Source: a virus
Lineage: Duplodnaviria; Caudoviricetes
Virus record (IMG/VR): IMGVR_UViG_3300032342_001249
Span: 1 to 54,347 of that record
DNA length: 54,347 nucleotides
Strand: one strand, 5' to 3'
The notes beneath the pieces were generated by a model. It was not told where the DNA came from. It worked only from the letters and a program-made list of their open reading frames with translations, and did no database searches. Both the position numbers and the translations under genes were made by a program. Every line of letters begins with the position of its first letter. The stretch's first letter is position 1. Below are positions 45,626-54,347 of this stretch, piece after piece.

Positions 45626-46339
45626 ATGATCAATCATCCTCTGTATCCTAATGGTAATTTGTATTTGTCTGGTGGAATGCAATTCGCAGATAACTTAGGT
45701 GCGTCATGGCGTGAACAATGTTCAATTACTTTGCGGGGAATGAAATACTACCCAATCGATATTACATCGCTCGATAAAGAATATTCAGCGGTGTGTGGAC
45801 ATCCATATATGTTCCTCGAAACGACAGATTTGCTTCAATACAAGTCAAATATTCGTCGACAGATTGTTCGTGCTGATATTGAATTAGTTCGCCACCATAG
45901 TCATGCACTGGTAGTTTATTTCGACGTTGCAGCTCAACGTGGAGCTGGAACGCAAAGCGAATGTCAAGAAGCATATGATCACGATGTGCCATATTTTCTA
46001 GTAAATGGTCTACCAGAATGGAAACAAGTGCCTGGTTGGATCCGAGCAAATGCTACGAGAATGTTTGATACATTTGACGATCTGCATCAATATTTGGGCA
46101 AATTACCAGACAGAATTTTACAACGTGACGTATATGGAAATCGTCATGCTGCTCCATATTACTTATGTTCACTATGTGGTGACCCATTTACGAAGAGTGG
46201 TGCACAATTTGTATCAAAATTAACTCCGATCTATTGCAAAAGTTGCGTTGATATTGTTAAAAGAACTCATGAAGCTCATGCAGATCGGTACGAATTCTTT
46301 ATCCAACAAATGGAAAAAGACGCTAAGCAAGGAGAATAG
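45626..46339 (+). CDS. Nucleoside 2-deoxyribosyltransferase-like protein with C-terminal Zn finger
   Basis: YLSGGM, D...V, GAGT.SE...A; CxxC..CxxC. Confidence 0.65.
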   Translation: MINHPLYPNGNLYLSGGMQFADNLGASWREQCSITLRGMKYYPIDITSLDKEYSAVCGHPYMFLETTDLLQYKSNIRRQIVRADIELVRHHSHALVVYFDVAAQRGAGTQSECQEAYDHDVPYFLVNGLPEWKQVPGWIRANATRMFDTFDDLHQYLGKLPDRILQRDVYGNRHAAPYYLCSLCGDPFTKSGAQFVSKLTPIYCKSCVDIVKRTHEAHADRYEFFIQQMEKDAKQGE

Positions 46340-46341
46340 AT

Positions 46342-46626
46342 ATGCCATATATTGTAGATGAGAAAAGAAACGTGCTAGATCCTCATATTGAGGCGATTTT
46401 AAATGCCCTTAGGGAGTTAGAGTCGGATGATCCGTCCAACAACATGGAAGGTAACATTAACTACATTATTACACGAATTTTACATCGTGTGTACAAAGAC
46501 GGTGGATATCGTGGTGTCAATGATGCGATGGGAGCAGTTTTTTGTGCTTCTCTCGAATTTTACCGCAAAGTCGCCGCACCGTACGAAGATCAAAAAGAGT
46601 TTGAAAACGGTCCTGTACAAGGGTAA
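46342..46626 (+). CDS. Conserved hypothetical phage protein
   Basis: MPYI, G.INY.IT, EFYR.VAAPYED.K...NG.V. Confidence 0.7.
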   Translation: MPYIVDEKRNVLDPHIEAILNALRELESDDPSNNMEGNINYIITRILHRVYKDGGYRGVNDAMGAVFCASLEFYRKVAAPYEDQKEFENGPVQG

Positions 46627-47074
46627 AGGCTTGGGGCAAATTTTGCGGGTAAATACTCCGAAAGGAGATTATTATGCTTACAGAAGTTGCCCCAACTCGT
46701 TATATCGTTAAAGTGAACGGTGTTGCCGTTTGCACTCCACAACCCACGTACCAATTAGCAGAAGCTCAGATTCTATCTCTGCCAGAAGCATCACGTCAGT
46801 ATGCTCAAGTCATTCCTGTGACTGTCGATAATAAAGAACTTTTACTTGGATAAACATGCTCCTCTGTAAATAGCATCACTTTTACGGAGGTACCATGACA
46901 GTTGTTGAAGATCTTATCGATCGTGTAGATATGATTCTAACGATCCTGCGCGAGGATGAAGCGCAATTTTACATCGTTTTAGAACTTGCTCACCAGCTAC
47001 GAGACGAGCTTACCCAAATCTCATCTGAACCAGAAGGCGACGACTAAATATCCATATATTTTACGGAGATATTG

Positions 47075-47302
47075 ATGCGTTTAGATGAAATTATTAGTCC
47101 AATTGAAAACCCCATTGAAACTCGTGGGGCAGATGATAAATACCGTGAGACATTAGTTGATGGTGTTAATGACATAGTTAATTACGGCGAGAAATACGTA
47201 CAAGCACCAAAAAAGCGTAAAAAACGCATGCCAGCAACTGATCCAGCAACAAATTCAATTATCAACACACTCTGGCACTACCAGAATGCGGACGCCTCGT
47301 AA
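47075..47302 (+). CDS. Hypothetical protein
   Basis: TAAATA and GGAG upstream. Confidence 0.55.
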   Translation: MRLDEIISPIENPIETRGADDKYRETLVDGVNDIVNYGEKYVQAPKKRKKRMPATDPATNSIINTLWHYQNADAS

Positions 47303-47314
47303 GGGAGAACGGAT

Positions 47315-47821
47315 ATGCCAGCAGTAAGCAGAGCTCAACAACATTTTTTCGGTATGGTGCATGCCCTTAAGAAGGGTACGCTAAAAATGTCAAGTCTCCC
47401 ATCTAGTCTTGTTGGAAAACTTCAAACGGCGGCAAAAAGCATTTCCGGTAAAGCTGCTAAAGATTTTGCAAAGACAAAGTCGAAGAAACTTCCTCAACAT
47501 GTGACCGAAAGTGTAGAATTTGTACTACCAGAAATGTCATTCAAAGACTATTTGATTTTTGAATACACAATATGTGAACAAATAACCCAAGAAGAAATTG
47601 TGTTGGTTGAAACACTTCTTCTTGAAAAAAAGAAACCTTCTGCAGGTCTTTCCAAGAAAAAGAAGCATGCAATTGCTATGAAAGCTGCTCATGGAAAAGA
47701 TATTGGTAAAAAAGGTAAGAACTTTAAAAAAGTTGCTGCAAAAGCAGCAAAACGATATGGCAGCAAAGAAGCTGGTGATAAAGTTGCAGCTGCAGCAATG
47801 TGGAAGAACGCCAGGGGATAA
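47315..47821 (+). CDS. Basic hypothetical protein (possible DNA-condensing head protein)
   Basis: PAVS.AQQ.FFGMV N-terminus, K/A-rich C-terminus. Confidence 0.7.
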   Translation: MPAVSRAQQHFFGMVHALKKGTLKMSSLPSSLVGKLQTAAKSISGKAAKDFAKTKSKKLPQHVTESVEFVLPEMSFKDYLIFEYTICEQITQEEIVLVETLLLEKKKPSAGLSKKKKHAIAMKAAHGKDIGKKGKNFKKVAAKAAKRYGSKEAGDKVAAAAMWKNARG

Positions 47822-47823
47822 AA

Positions 47824-48552
47824 ATGAAACTTAGTGACATTTTGAATGAAGGTCCATTAGATTTTGTTGGTGGAGCAGCTAGTGAGCTTGGTCGAATGAC
47901 TGGACGCAGTGCTCCTGTTCGAGCTGTTCGCAACGTTATTGGTGCAGGGCAAGCAGCATCACATGCTGCAAATATTCGTCGCTCCTTAAATAAATTAGTT
48001 GTTCAGTTTGTTCGCACAGCAGAAAAGCTTTCAAAACTTTCTGGACAATTTACACCTCCTACAGTTCAACAAGCTCCTACAGCAAAACCAGTGCAAAAAC
48101 GTGGGCCACCACCTCCTGCATCATCTCAGGTGCCAGATGCATTTCGTACAAATGGAACACCGTCAATGAGCAATGGTGGATACGATTTTGCGTCATTTAT
48201 GAAACAATTTAATGGTGAACAACTTGCAGAAGGACCAATCGACTTTATTAAAGGAGCCGGCCATTATGTTGGTAATTCAATAGCTAATTACATTTCATCT
48301 CGCCAACATCCCATTGTAAAGGGCTTTCAGAACATGGTTAATGCTGGTCATGCAGCTTCACAAAAAGGTGATATACGAAAACAAATTGCTCTAAAGCAAC
48401 AACTTTTACAACTTGCTGCACAAATTCAAGCAACAGTTAAACAAAATCCTGCTGTGTGGTCTCAAGTTCAACAAATTATCAAAAATAGCACTCAAAATGG
48501 ACAGCAAATTGAAACTCAATTGCGTCAAGCGATGGCGAGGGCACCTCGATGA
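47824..48552 (+). CDS. Hypothetical protein with internal duplication
   Basis: EGPLDFVGGA..AGQAAS and EGPIDFIKGA..AGHAAS. Confidence 0.7.
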   Translation: MKLSDILNEGPLDFVGGAASELGRMTGRSAPVRAVRNVIGAGQAASHAANIRRSLNKLVVQFVRTAEKLSKLSGQFTPPTVQQAPTAKPVQKRGPPPPASSQVPDAFRTNGTPSMSNGGYDFASFMKQFNGEQLAEGPIDFIKGAGHYVGNSIANYISSRQHPIVKGFQNMVNAGHAASQKGDIRKQIALKQQLLQLAAQIQATVKQNPAVWSQVQQIIKNSTQNGQQIETQLRQAMARAPR

Positions 48553-49520
48553 ACTTGCGTGAATTTCTATTGACAGAGGCAAAAGCGAAGAAGAAAAGCA
48601 TTAAGAAAGTTGCCCGCCGCGTGTATCATCGTGATTACGAAAAAACAAAGAACAAGCCATATCGTAAATACGATCCTAAACAACACGAGCATCAAAGCCT
48701 TTCAGAACATGAAGAACCAATGACGGGTGATCAAATGATGCGTCTGTCGAAATTTCTTTCACATCATAATGAACATGATGCAGATCGCAAACTTCGGTAT
48801 GATCTACATCTGCTTCGTTTGATTAGTCGTGAGACACAACCAAAAGGAACGGAAGTTACAACGGAACATGGACAAAAAATCGTCCGTTATTTCTATTCCC
48901 TACAAAATAAACCATCAGAAGTGTTCTCAAAATTCAAAGAGATATTTGGAGTTCCTGTAGATCGTTCATCTTCAGGCCGTAATGAAATTACCGCCAAGTT
49001 TAAAGATAAACTAACTGGTACTAGTCTTAACCTTCGATATAGTCCAACACAACAGTATTTCGTTGCAGAATATCCACTTCACTCTGATACTGGTTCAAGT
49101 CCTGTTGCTGAATATTGTGTTGCACAAATTTCCAACGTTGTTAAGTTTCTTTCTGAAGGTAAGATTGGTAATAAAGATATTTTCCTGATACTTGTTGAAA
49201 CTCCAGGCATTGGTGCACCATTCGGTGGCGGAGCTGCAGCTGATCAAAATAATGGCACGGCCGATTTTCGTAAAGATGTTTCAGGAATGACTGATCAAAT
49301 TGTTCATATTCGTGGCGCATTGGCAAACCATCTTCGTGCCGACAACCATGATTGGACATACTTCGAAAATGCACCATCAATTGATGATGCAGCAAAAAGA
49401 CTTGTACAAATTATCAACAAACTTCCAGAAGCAACGGGTGCATCTATAGCTGCTGTTCAACAAACAGCACAGCAAGTTGCCCGTGTGTATTGGGGACAGA
49501 ATAACGTCGGCGAGCAATAA
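48549..49520 (+). CDS. Hypothetical protein
   Basis: 323-aa ORF coupled to the previous gene. Confidence 0.7.
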   Translation: MNLREFLLTEAKAKKKSIKKVARRVYHRDYEKTKNKPYRKYDPKQHEHQSLSEHEEPMTGDQMMRLSKFLSHHNEHDADRKLRYDLHLLRLISRETQPKGTEVTTEHGQKIVRYFYSLQNKPSEVFSKFKEIFGVPVDRSSSGRNEITAKFKDKLTGTSLNLRYSPTQQYFVAEYPLHSDTGSSPVAEYCVAQISNVVKFLSEGKIGNKDIFLILVETPGIGAPFGGGAAADQNNGTADFRKDVSGMTDQIVHIRGALANHLRADNHDWTYFENAPSIDDAAKRLVQIINKLPEATGASIAAVQQTAQQVARVYWGQNNVGEQ

Positions 49521-49578
49521 TTTCTGTTGCCTTTTGACCCTGATTAGTTGACCATGCATCAAATGTGTGGAGGGTCTC

Positions 49579-49839
49579 ATGAAACTTTTCAAAATTCAAG
49601 AAGGTACTGCTGCTCGTCTCGTTAATGTTGAAAAACAAACGGAACAGCCATTCGTTACTCGAAAAGAATTGTTGCTCGATTGTGAAGACATTCTCTTCGA
49701 TCCCGTAAGTGTATACAATCAAACGAAACAAATCATCAGCGAATATGGAATTATGCAAGGTGATATCGATCAACGTGCAAAATATGTGTTGATCGTTCCT
49801 GCAATATTTGTTGAAATTCAGATTGAGGATGACGAATGA
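49579..49839 (+). CDS. Hypothetical protein
   Basis: GGAGG SD, coupled to cca. Confidence 0.55.
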   Translation: MKLFKIQEGTAARLVNVEKQTEQPFVTRKELLLDCEDILFDPVSVYNQTKQIISEYGIMQGDIDQRAKYVLIVPAIFVEIQIEDDE

Positions 49840-50876
49840 AAATCTATCAAGTAGGCGGTTGTGTCCGAGACAAGTTACTCGGCTTGACACCTAAAGATAT
49901 TGATTATGTTGTTGTGGGGTCAACTCCACAGCAAATGCTCGACTTGGGCTATCAACAAGTGGGGTCAAGCTTTCCCGTTTTCTTGAAGGACGGTGAAGAA
50001 TATGCTCTTGCTCGTACGGAACGAAAGACTGGTGTGGGCTATAATGGCTTTGAAACAAAACACGATCCAAATGTTACTTTGGAAGATGATTTGTGTCGGC
50101 GAGACTTAACAATCAACTCTATGGCGATGGATGAAGATGGTCATCTATTTGATCCACATGGTGGTCAGTCAGATCTTCAAGCACAAATACTGCGACATAC
50201 CAGCGAAGCGTTTGCTGAAGATCCTGTTCGTGTTCTTCGTACAGCCCGATTTGCAGCCCGGTACAAGTTTGACATTGCTCCTGACACAATTGAATTGATG
50301 AACAAAATTGCTCATGAATTAGATTTTATTCCACAAGAGCGAATTTGGACGGAGATTGAAAAAGGGTTGATGGAAAAAACTCCTGCAGTAATGTTTGACA
50401 CGTTGACACGATGTGGTGCTTTTACTCGATCCGATGCTCTTAAACCATATTGCAAGTACAGTTCCAATCGATTGTGGCAGGTTACTTCTGAACATGATTT
50501 GATTGTTCGATTTGTATTGATTTCTCATGCTTTCGCAGATGACGATTATACAACGTGTCGTATTCCAAACGATTGTGCTGAGGTTAGCCGCACTTTCAAC
50601 AAACATTTCAACGATTTTGTGCATTATTCGTTCTTCACTACGGCACAATGTTTGGATGTGTTATATGAGATGCGAGCATTTAGTGGATCGGCAATGGTTA
50701 TGCAAAAGTGTGTAGAAACATTAGCATTATTTCCAGAACTGGACGTTCAACTGTCAATGATTATGAGTGATTGGAAAAATGCTAAGAGCGTTGATGCTGC
50801 TTCAATTGCAATAAAATGTACAACGGGTCAACAGATCAAAGAAGCAATATACTCTGCACGATTGACAGCTCTATAA
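49836..50876 (+). CDS. cca: tRNA nucleotidyltransferase (CCA-adding enzyme, class II)
   Basis: [53 protein letters not shown]. Confidence 0.93.
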   Translation: MKIYQVGGCVRDKLLGLTPKDIDYVVVGSTPQQMLDLGYQQVGSSFPVFLKDGEEYALARTERKTGVGYNGFETKHDPNVTLEDDLCRRDLTINSMAMDEDGHLFDPHGGQSDLQAQILRHTSEAFAEDPVRVLRTARFAARYKFDIAPDTIELMNKIAHELDFIPQERIWTEIEKGLMEKTPAVMFDTLTRCGAFTRSDALKPYCKYSSNRLWQVTSEHDLIVRFVLISHAFADDDYTTCRIPNDCAEVSRTFNKHFNDFVHYSFFTTAQCLDVLYEMRAFSGSAMVMQKCVETLALFPELDVQLSMIMSDWKNAKSVDAASIAIKCTTGQQIKEAIYSARLTAL

Positions 50877-50877
50877 A

Positions 50878-50908
50878 GAGAGGGCAAAAAATGCCCTCTC
50901 TTTGTTTT
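50878..50908 (+). terminator. Intrinsic terminator
   Basis: gagagggca-aaaaa-tgccctctc followed by T tract. Confidence 0.8.
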
Positions 50909-50954
50909 CCCGACCCTGTAAATACACTACACTTCTCAAGAAAAGGAGAATGTA

Positions 50955-52277
50955 GTGTTTGAAGCAAGGGCGATGTACATAGCACAAGCTATGGGTGCAA
51001 AGGTTGTAAAATCAATCGAGCGAGATCGAACTGTTCCGAAATCTTTCAAGAAGAAAGATTTCGTTCTTGCTGACACGAGTAACCTTGATCTCTCAACTAT
51101 TATTACGTTTTTAGATCGTCTTAAGCAGGCCGACCCGACACCAAATCATCAATACTTGCAATGGATTACCAAACGATATTGTGAAGGAGATTTTCACTTT
51201 GAAGACTTGGAAAGAGTAAAGGACGAAGTTGAAGCCTTTCACAACTACAAACCACGTCTCAAACGAGATAGAAAGCCGACAGATATCAACCAATACAAAT
51301 CAACTGCTGAAGTGTTTGCATTGGTTGAAGACTATCGAACAGAAAATGTTGCTCCTTCACAAAAAGAAGCGGGGAGGCGCCAAGAACATCAATTAATCGT
51401 CGACGGAAAAGCGTATTGGAAGTATCAGGGAGAAACAATCAAAGTGATAGTACCTCGTACGAAAGAGGCAGCAATTCACTTCGGTAAAGGAACTCGTTGG
51501 TGCACTTCTGCAACACAAAGAAATTACTTTGATATTTATAATAAAGAAGGCCCCCTTTATATTATCATGTCAGATTCTGGAAAGTATCAGTTTCATTTTC
51601 AATCACACCAGTACATGACAGCACTCGATCAACGAGTTACCCTTGGTCCATTAATTAAACAGTACCCAGAACTGAAAGATGCTTTTGACGACATAGCACA
51701 ATCGATTGGGTTCATTCCTTTGATGAAAATTGTTACATCTGAAGGATTACTCGCAGCACTACAATCATCACTGACATCTCGCAATGTCCAATACTTCCAA
51801 GATGGATTTCTTTCTATAGCTGATCTTTTAGATTGTGTTGACAAAAGAGCACAAAATGAAAAAATTGCTCTCTTGGTTGTAGGGCACGATCCAAGTCTTG
51901 CATTGAGATTGATTAGACCAGATTTACAACAACTTGCATCTTTTCAATCTGCAATTATTGAACGCCGTCCCGAACTACTGCAATCAGCCAATCCAGCTAT
52001 TCAAACTCCTCAACTTGTGTCAGCAGTTCTTCGACGTGCCCCAACGATGCTTCGATATGTTCGTCATGATTTAATGGAAAAATCCTTATTATTAGAAGCA
52101 GTTAAAACAACTCCGGAAGTGTTAGGACAAGTACCAATACATTTGCAAGACATTGATGTCATCAAATGTGCTATGCGAGCAACAACTAATCGTAATACAA
52201 AACGCCGCCTGATAAATATGGTACATGATCTAAAATTACGCAAATATCTCAGTGACGCATTAAAAGAGGCATCATAA
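50955..52277 (+). CDS. Hypothetical phage protein (DPT...Y..W, GT.WCTS, KYQFH motifs; helical repeat C-terminus)
   Basis: 440-aa ORF, AGGAG SD. Confidence 0.7.
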   Translation: MFEARAMYIAQAMGAKVVKSIERDRTVPKSFKKKDFVLADTSNLDLSTIITFLDRLKQADPTPNHQYLQWITKRYCEGDFHFEDLERVKDEVEAFHNYKPRLKRDRKPTDINQYKSTAEVFALVEDYRTENVAPSQKEAGRRQEHQLIVDGKAYWKYQGETIKVIVPRTKEAAIHFGKGTRWCTSATQRNYFDIYNKEGPLYIIMSDSGKYQFHFQSHQYMTALDQRVTLGPLIKQYPELKDAFDDIAQSIGFIPLMKIVTSEGLLAALQSSLTSRNVQYFQDGFLSIADLLDCVDKRAQNEKIALLVVGHDPSLALRLIRPDLQQLASFQSAIIERRPELLQSANPAIQTPQLVSAVLRRAPTMLRYVRHDLMEKSLLLEAVKTTPEVLGQVPIHLQDIDVIKCAMRATTNRNTKRRLINMVHDLKLRKYLSDALKEAS

Positions 52278-52278
52278 T

Positions 52279-52620
52279 ATGACACAAGTAGTGAATTTAA
52301 CCGAAGCAGCAATTTTTCACATTCAGAAAGCAATTGAGAAGCGAGGAGCAGGTATTGGCATTCGTTTTGGTATAAAAAAGGTGGGTTGCACAGGATACGC
52401 TTACGTTACTGAATACGTGGATCAACCCATTGCCCCGGCATTGGAACAAATATTTGAGGGATTTACGGTATTCATTAAACCTGAAGATGAGCGATTTGTT
52501 ACAGGATTGATGATTGATTATACACGGAAGGGATTTCAAGAAGGCTTCCAATTTAACAATCCTAATGAGAAGGCTCGATGCGGGTGCGGTTCGTCCTTTA
52601 CTATAAATACCAATGAATAA
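52279..52620 (+). CDS. iscA: Fe-S cluster assembly A-type carrier
   Basis: GCTGY.Y, F.F.NPN....CGCG.SF. Confidence 0.92.
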   Translation: MTQVVNLTEAAIFHIQKAIEKRGAGIGIRFGIKKVGCTGYAYVTEYVDQPIAPALEQIFEGFTVFIKPEDERFVTGLMIDYTRKGFQEGFQFNNPNEKARCGCGSSFTINTNE

Positions 52621-52674
52621 TTCATAAAATGTCAACTTTTTCGTTCTGTTTATAAATATAACAGGAGAAAAAGA

Positions 52675-53268
52675 ATGTATCTGAAACAAGAACGTATTTC
52701 TTATGAAAATCAGGAATCAACAAGATTACGGCTTCGACACCGAACGATTGTGCACTTCAAGTGCGACAATTGTGGACAACAATTCACACGAAATCGTGGT
52801 GACGTTGCTCCAAAACGACTAACGAACAAATATAAGCATTACTGTGAAAAATGCCCGTCCATCCACCTAGCTCACGCTGAAGGGCTTAAAGTCCGCCGCC
52901 AGCGTTGTTATGAAAAGGTTGGTGAACGACGAATGGGTACAGAAGGATACAATCAAATTTATGTCGGTCCTGACTATCCTTTCCTTCCTCGTCGTAAATA
53001 TAGTAGTTATTACTGGCTTGATGAACACGTTTATATCATGAAGAATAAACTTCAACGGCGATTGAAATCAAAGGAAGTTGTACATCATCTTGATGGAAAT
53101 AAAACGAACAATACCGAGAATAATTTGGTGCTGCTAACTGTTCAACAACACAACAACTGCCACGCAAAAGCGGAACAAGTTGTATTTGATTTATACAGAA
53201 AGGGGCTTGTTCGTTTTGACAACATTACTAATCTATACGAATGGTGCGGAGAAAGTTTTTCCATGTAA
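52675..53268 (+). CDS. HNH endonuclease
   Basis: EH..IM...L.R.L...EVVHHLDGNKTNN...NL; TATAAATA upstream. Confidence 0.85.
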   Translation: MYLKQERISYENQESTRLRLRHRTIVHFKCDNCGQQFTRNRGDVAPKRLTNKYKHYCEKCPSIHLAHAEGLKVRRQRCYEKVGERRMGTEGYNQIYVGPDYPFLPRRKYSSYYWLDEHVYIMKNKLQRRLKSKEVVHHLDGNKTNNTENNLVLLTVQQHNNCHAKAEQVVFDLYRKGLVRFDNITNLYEWCGESFSM

Positions 53269-53456
53269 GAGGAGGATCCCAGTGGATTCACGTTTTTGGT
53301 ATTGGGAAGGATGGTGGGCTTTTCATAAAGGATGTCTTATAAGCGACTGCCCGTATGAATTTGGGACACAAGAATATAAAGACTGGATCACAGGGTGGTA
53401 TGACGTGTCAAGAGAAGTCGATAGCGCATAAATAAGAAGAATCTAGGAGAAAATTA

Positions 53457-54248
53457 ATGACAGCTACACAAACCGTTGGAACACCAGAGTATTTCGTTGT
53501 CACTGGAACAATCGTAGGCATTGCTGCCTTCAATGCTGCAGTTGAAGTGAAAATCAATGCAGGGTATGCTCCAATCGGTATTCCTTATACTGACGGTGTA
53601 AACATTGAACAGGTAATGTTTCGAGGCGTTGTCGCATCGTTTATTGCACAGTATGCAATTTTGGCTCTCCCCGGAGCATCATCAGCAGGATACCAAGTAG
53701 TTGATACAGGTGGTGGACACGTTGGTGCAGATCCAACGGGCCTAACGCCTGATGCAACGGTTTATACAGCATCAGTCGTTGTAGATGGTGGAGCACCACA
53801 ACTAATTGATGTTACGGGTTCTACAGCACAAGACTACACTACACTTATTGCTGAACTTCAAACTGATACAGTTGGTGCAACATGGGCACTTGTCGGTGGT
53901 GATCTTCGACTCACCTCAAATACAACTGGTGTCACTTCAACAATTGCCATCACAGACGTGGATTTGTTTGCTACATTAACAGGCTTTGTCGCTATCAATG
54001 CTGCCGTACCAGGTACAAACACAAATCCTGATTCATTTCAGGTGGATGGCGATCAAGCAGCTGACTTTCAATCAGGATATCGTTTCACTGTTTCAGGCTC
54101 CACTGGTAATGATGGCGTATACACAGTGTATCCAACAGGACCAGTTGTTATAGGAGGTCCACTTACAAACATTCCAGTAGTCGAAACAGTTCCTGATTCA
54201 ACACCAGACGGATTTATCGTTGCTTACGCACCATCCGTAGGTCCATAA
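53457..54248 (+). CDS. Probable virion structural protein (T/G/V-rich beta protein)
   Basis: Composition, LTSNTTG.TS.I.I and VSGSTGNDG.YTV motifs; CATAAATA upstream. Confidence 0.6.
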   Translation: MTATQTVGTPEYFVVTGTIVGIAAFNAAVEVKINAGYAPIGIPYTDGVNIEQVMFRGVVASFIAQYAILALPGASSAGYQVVDTGGGHVGADPTGLTPDATVYTASVVVDGGAPQLIDVTGSTAQDYTTLIAELQTDTVGATWALVGGDLRLTSNTTGVTSTIAITDVDLFATLTGFVAINAAVPGTNTNPDSFQVDGDQAADFQSGYRFTVSGSTGNDGVYTVYPTGPVVIGGPLTNIPVVETVPDSTPDGFIVAYAPSVGP

Positions 54249-54347
54249 GGAGAATAACATGGCAACAGCATCCTATAGTTTCGAACCAGGTCAAACAGTG
54301 TGGTGTATTGTTAGTAGCCCACCATTTGTTCAAGCCGCAGTCGTCGC

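Noticed and set aside
1-54347. Genome-wide TAG reassignment (code 15) suggested by the CUA tRNA
   Set aside because: Conserved enzymes are full length under code 11 and several end at TAG; no fragmented genes seen in this window

Overview
This 54 kb window looks like part of a large (jumbo, T4-like late-promoter type) lytic phage genome, almost entirely on the + strand. It holds about 40 tRNA or tRNA-like genes (5.5-36 kb) interleaved with free-standing HNH/GIY-YIG endonucleases. tRNA/translation support genes include a CCA-adding enzyme, a compact RNase P RNA, bS21, ClpS and a 2H phosphoesterase. A large NAD salvage set (NadM-Nudix, NadV/Nampt, PnuC, NadR, NAD kinase, NADAR), a MoxR-type AAA+/vWA pair, and Leu dehydrogenase, thioredoxin and IscA are also present. 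The best candidate for a new system is a ribosome-coupled attenuator at 13599-13867 in front of the main tRNA array: a 44-codon leader ORF, an antiterminator and an intrinsic terminator. The leader's amino-acid content closely mirrors the tRNA species I can find downstream. Other notable items are an amber (CUA) tRNA, two Y-RNA-like permuted tRNA mimics, several unannotated structured RNAs and multiple non-canonical tRNA folds. All calls are by eye from the sequence and ORF track; no searches were run.
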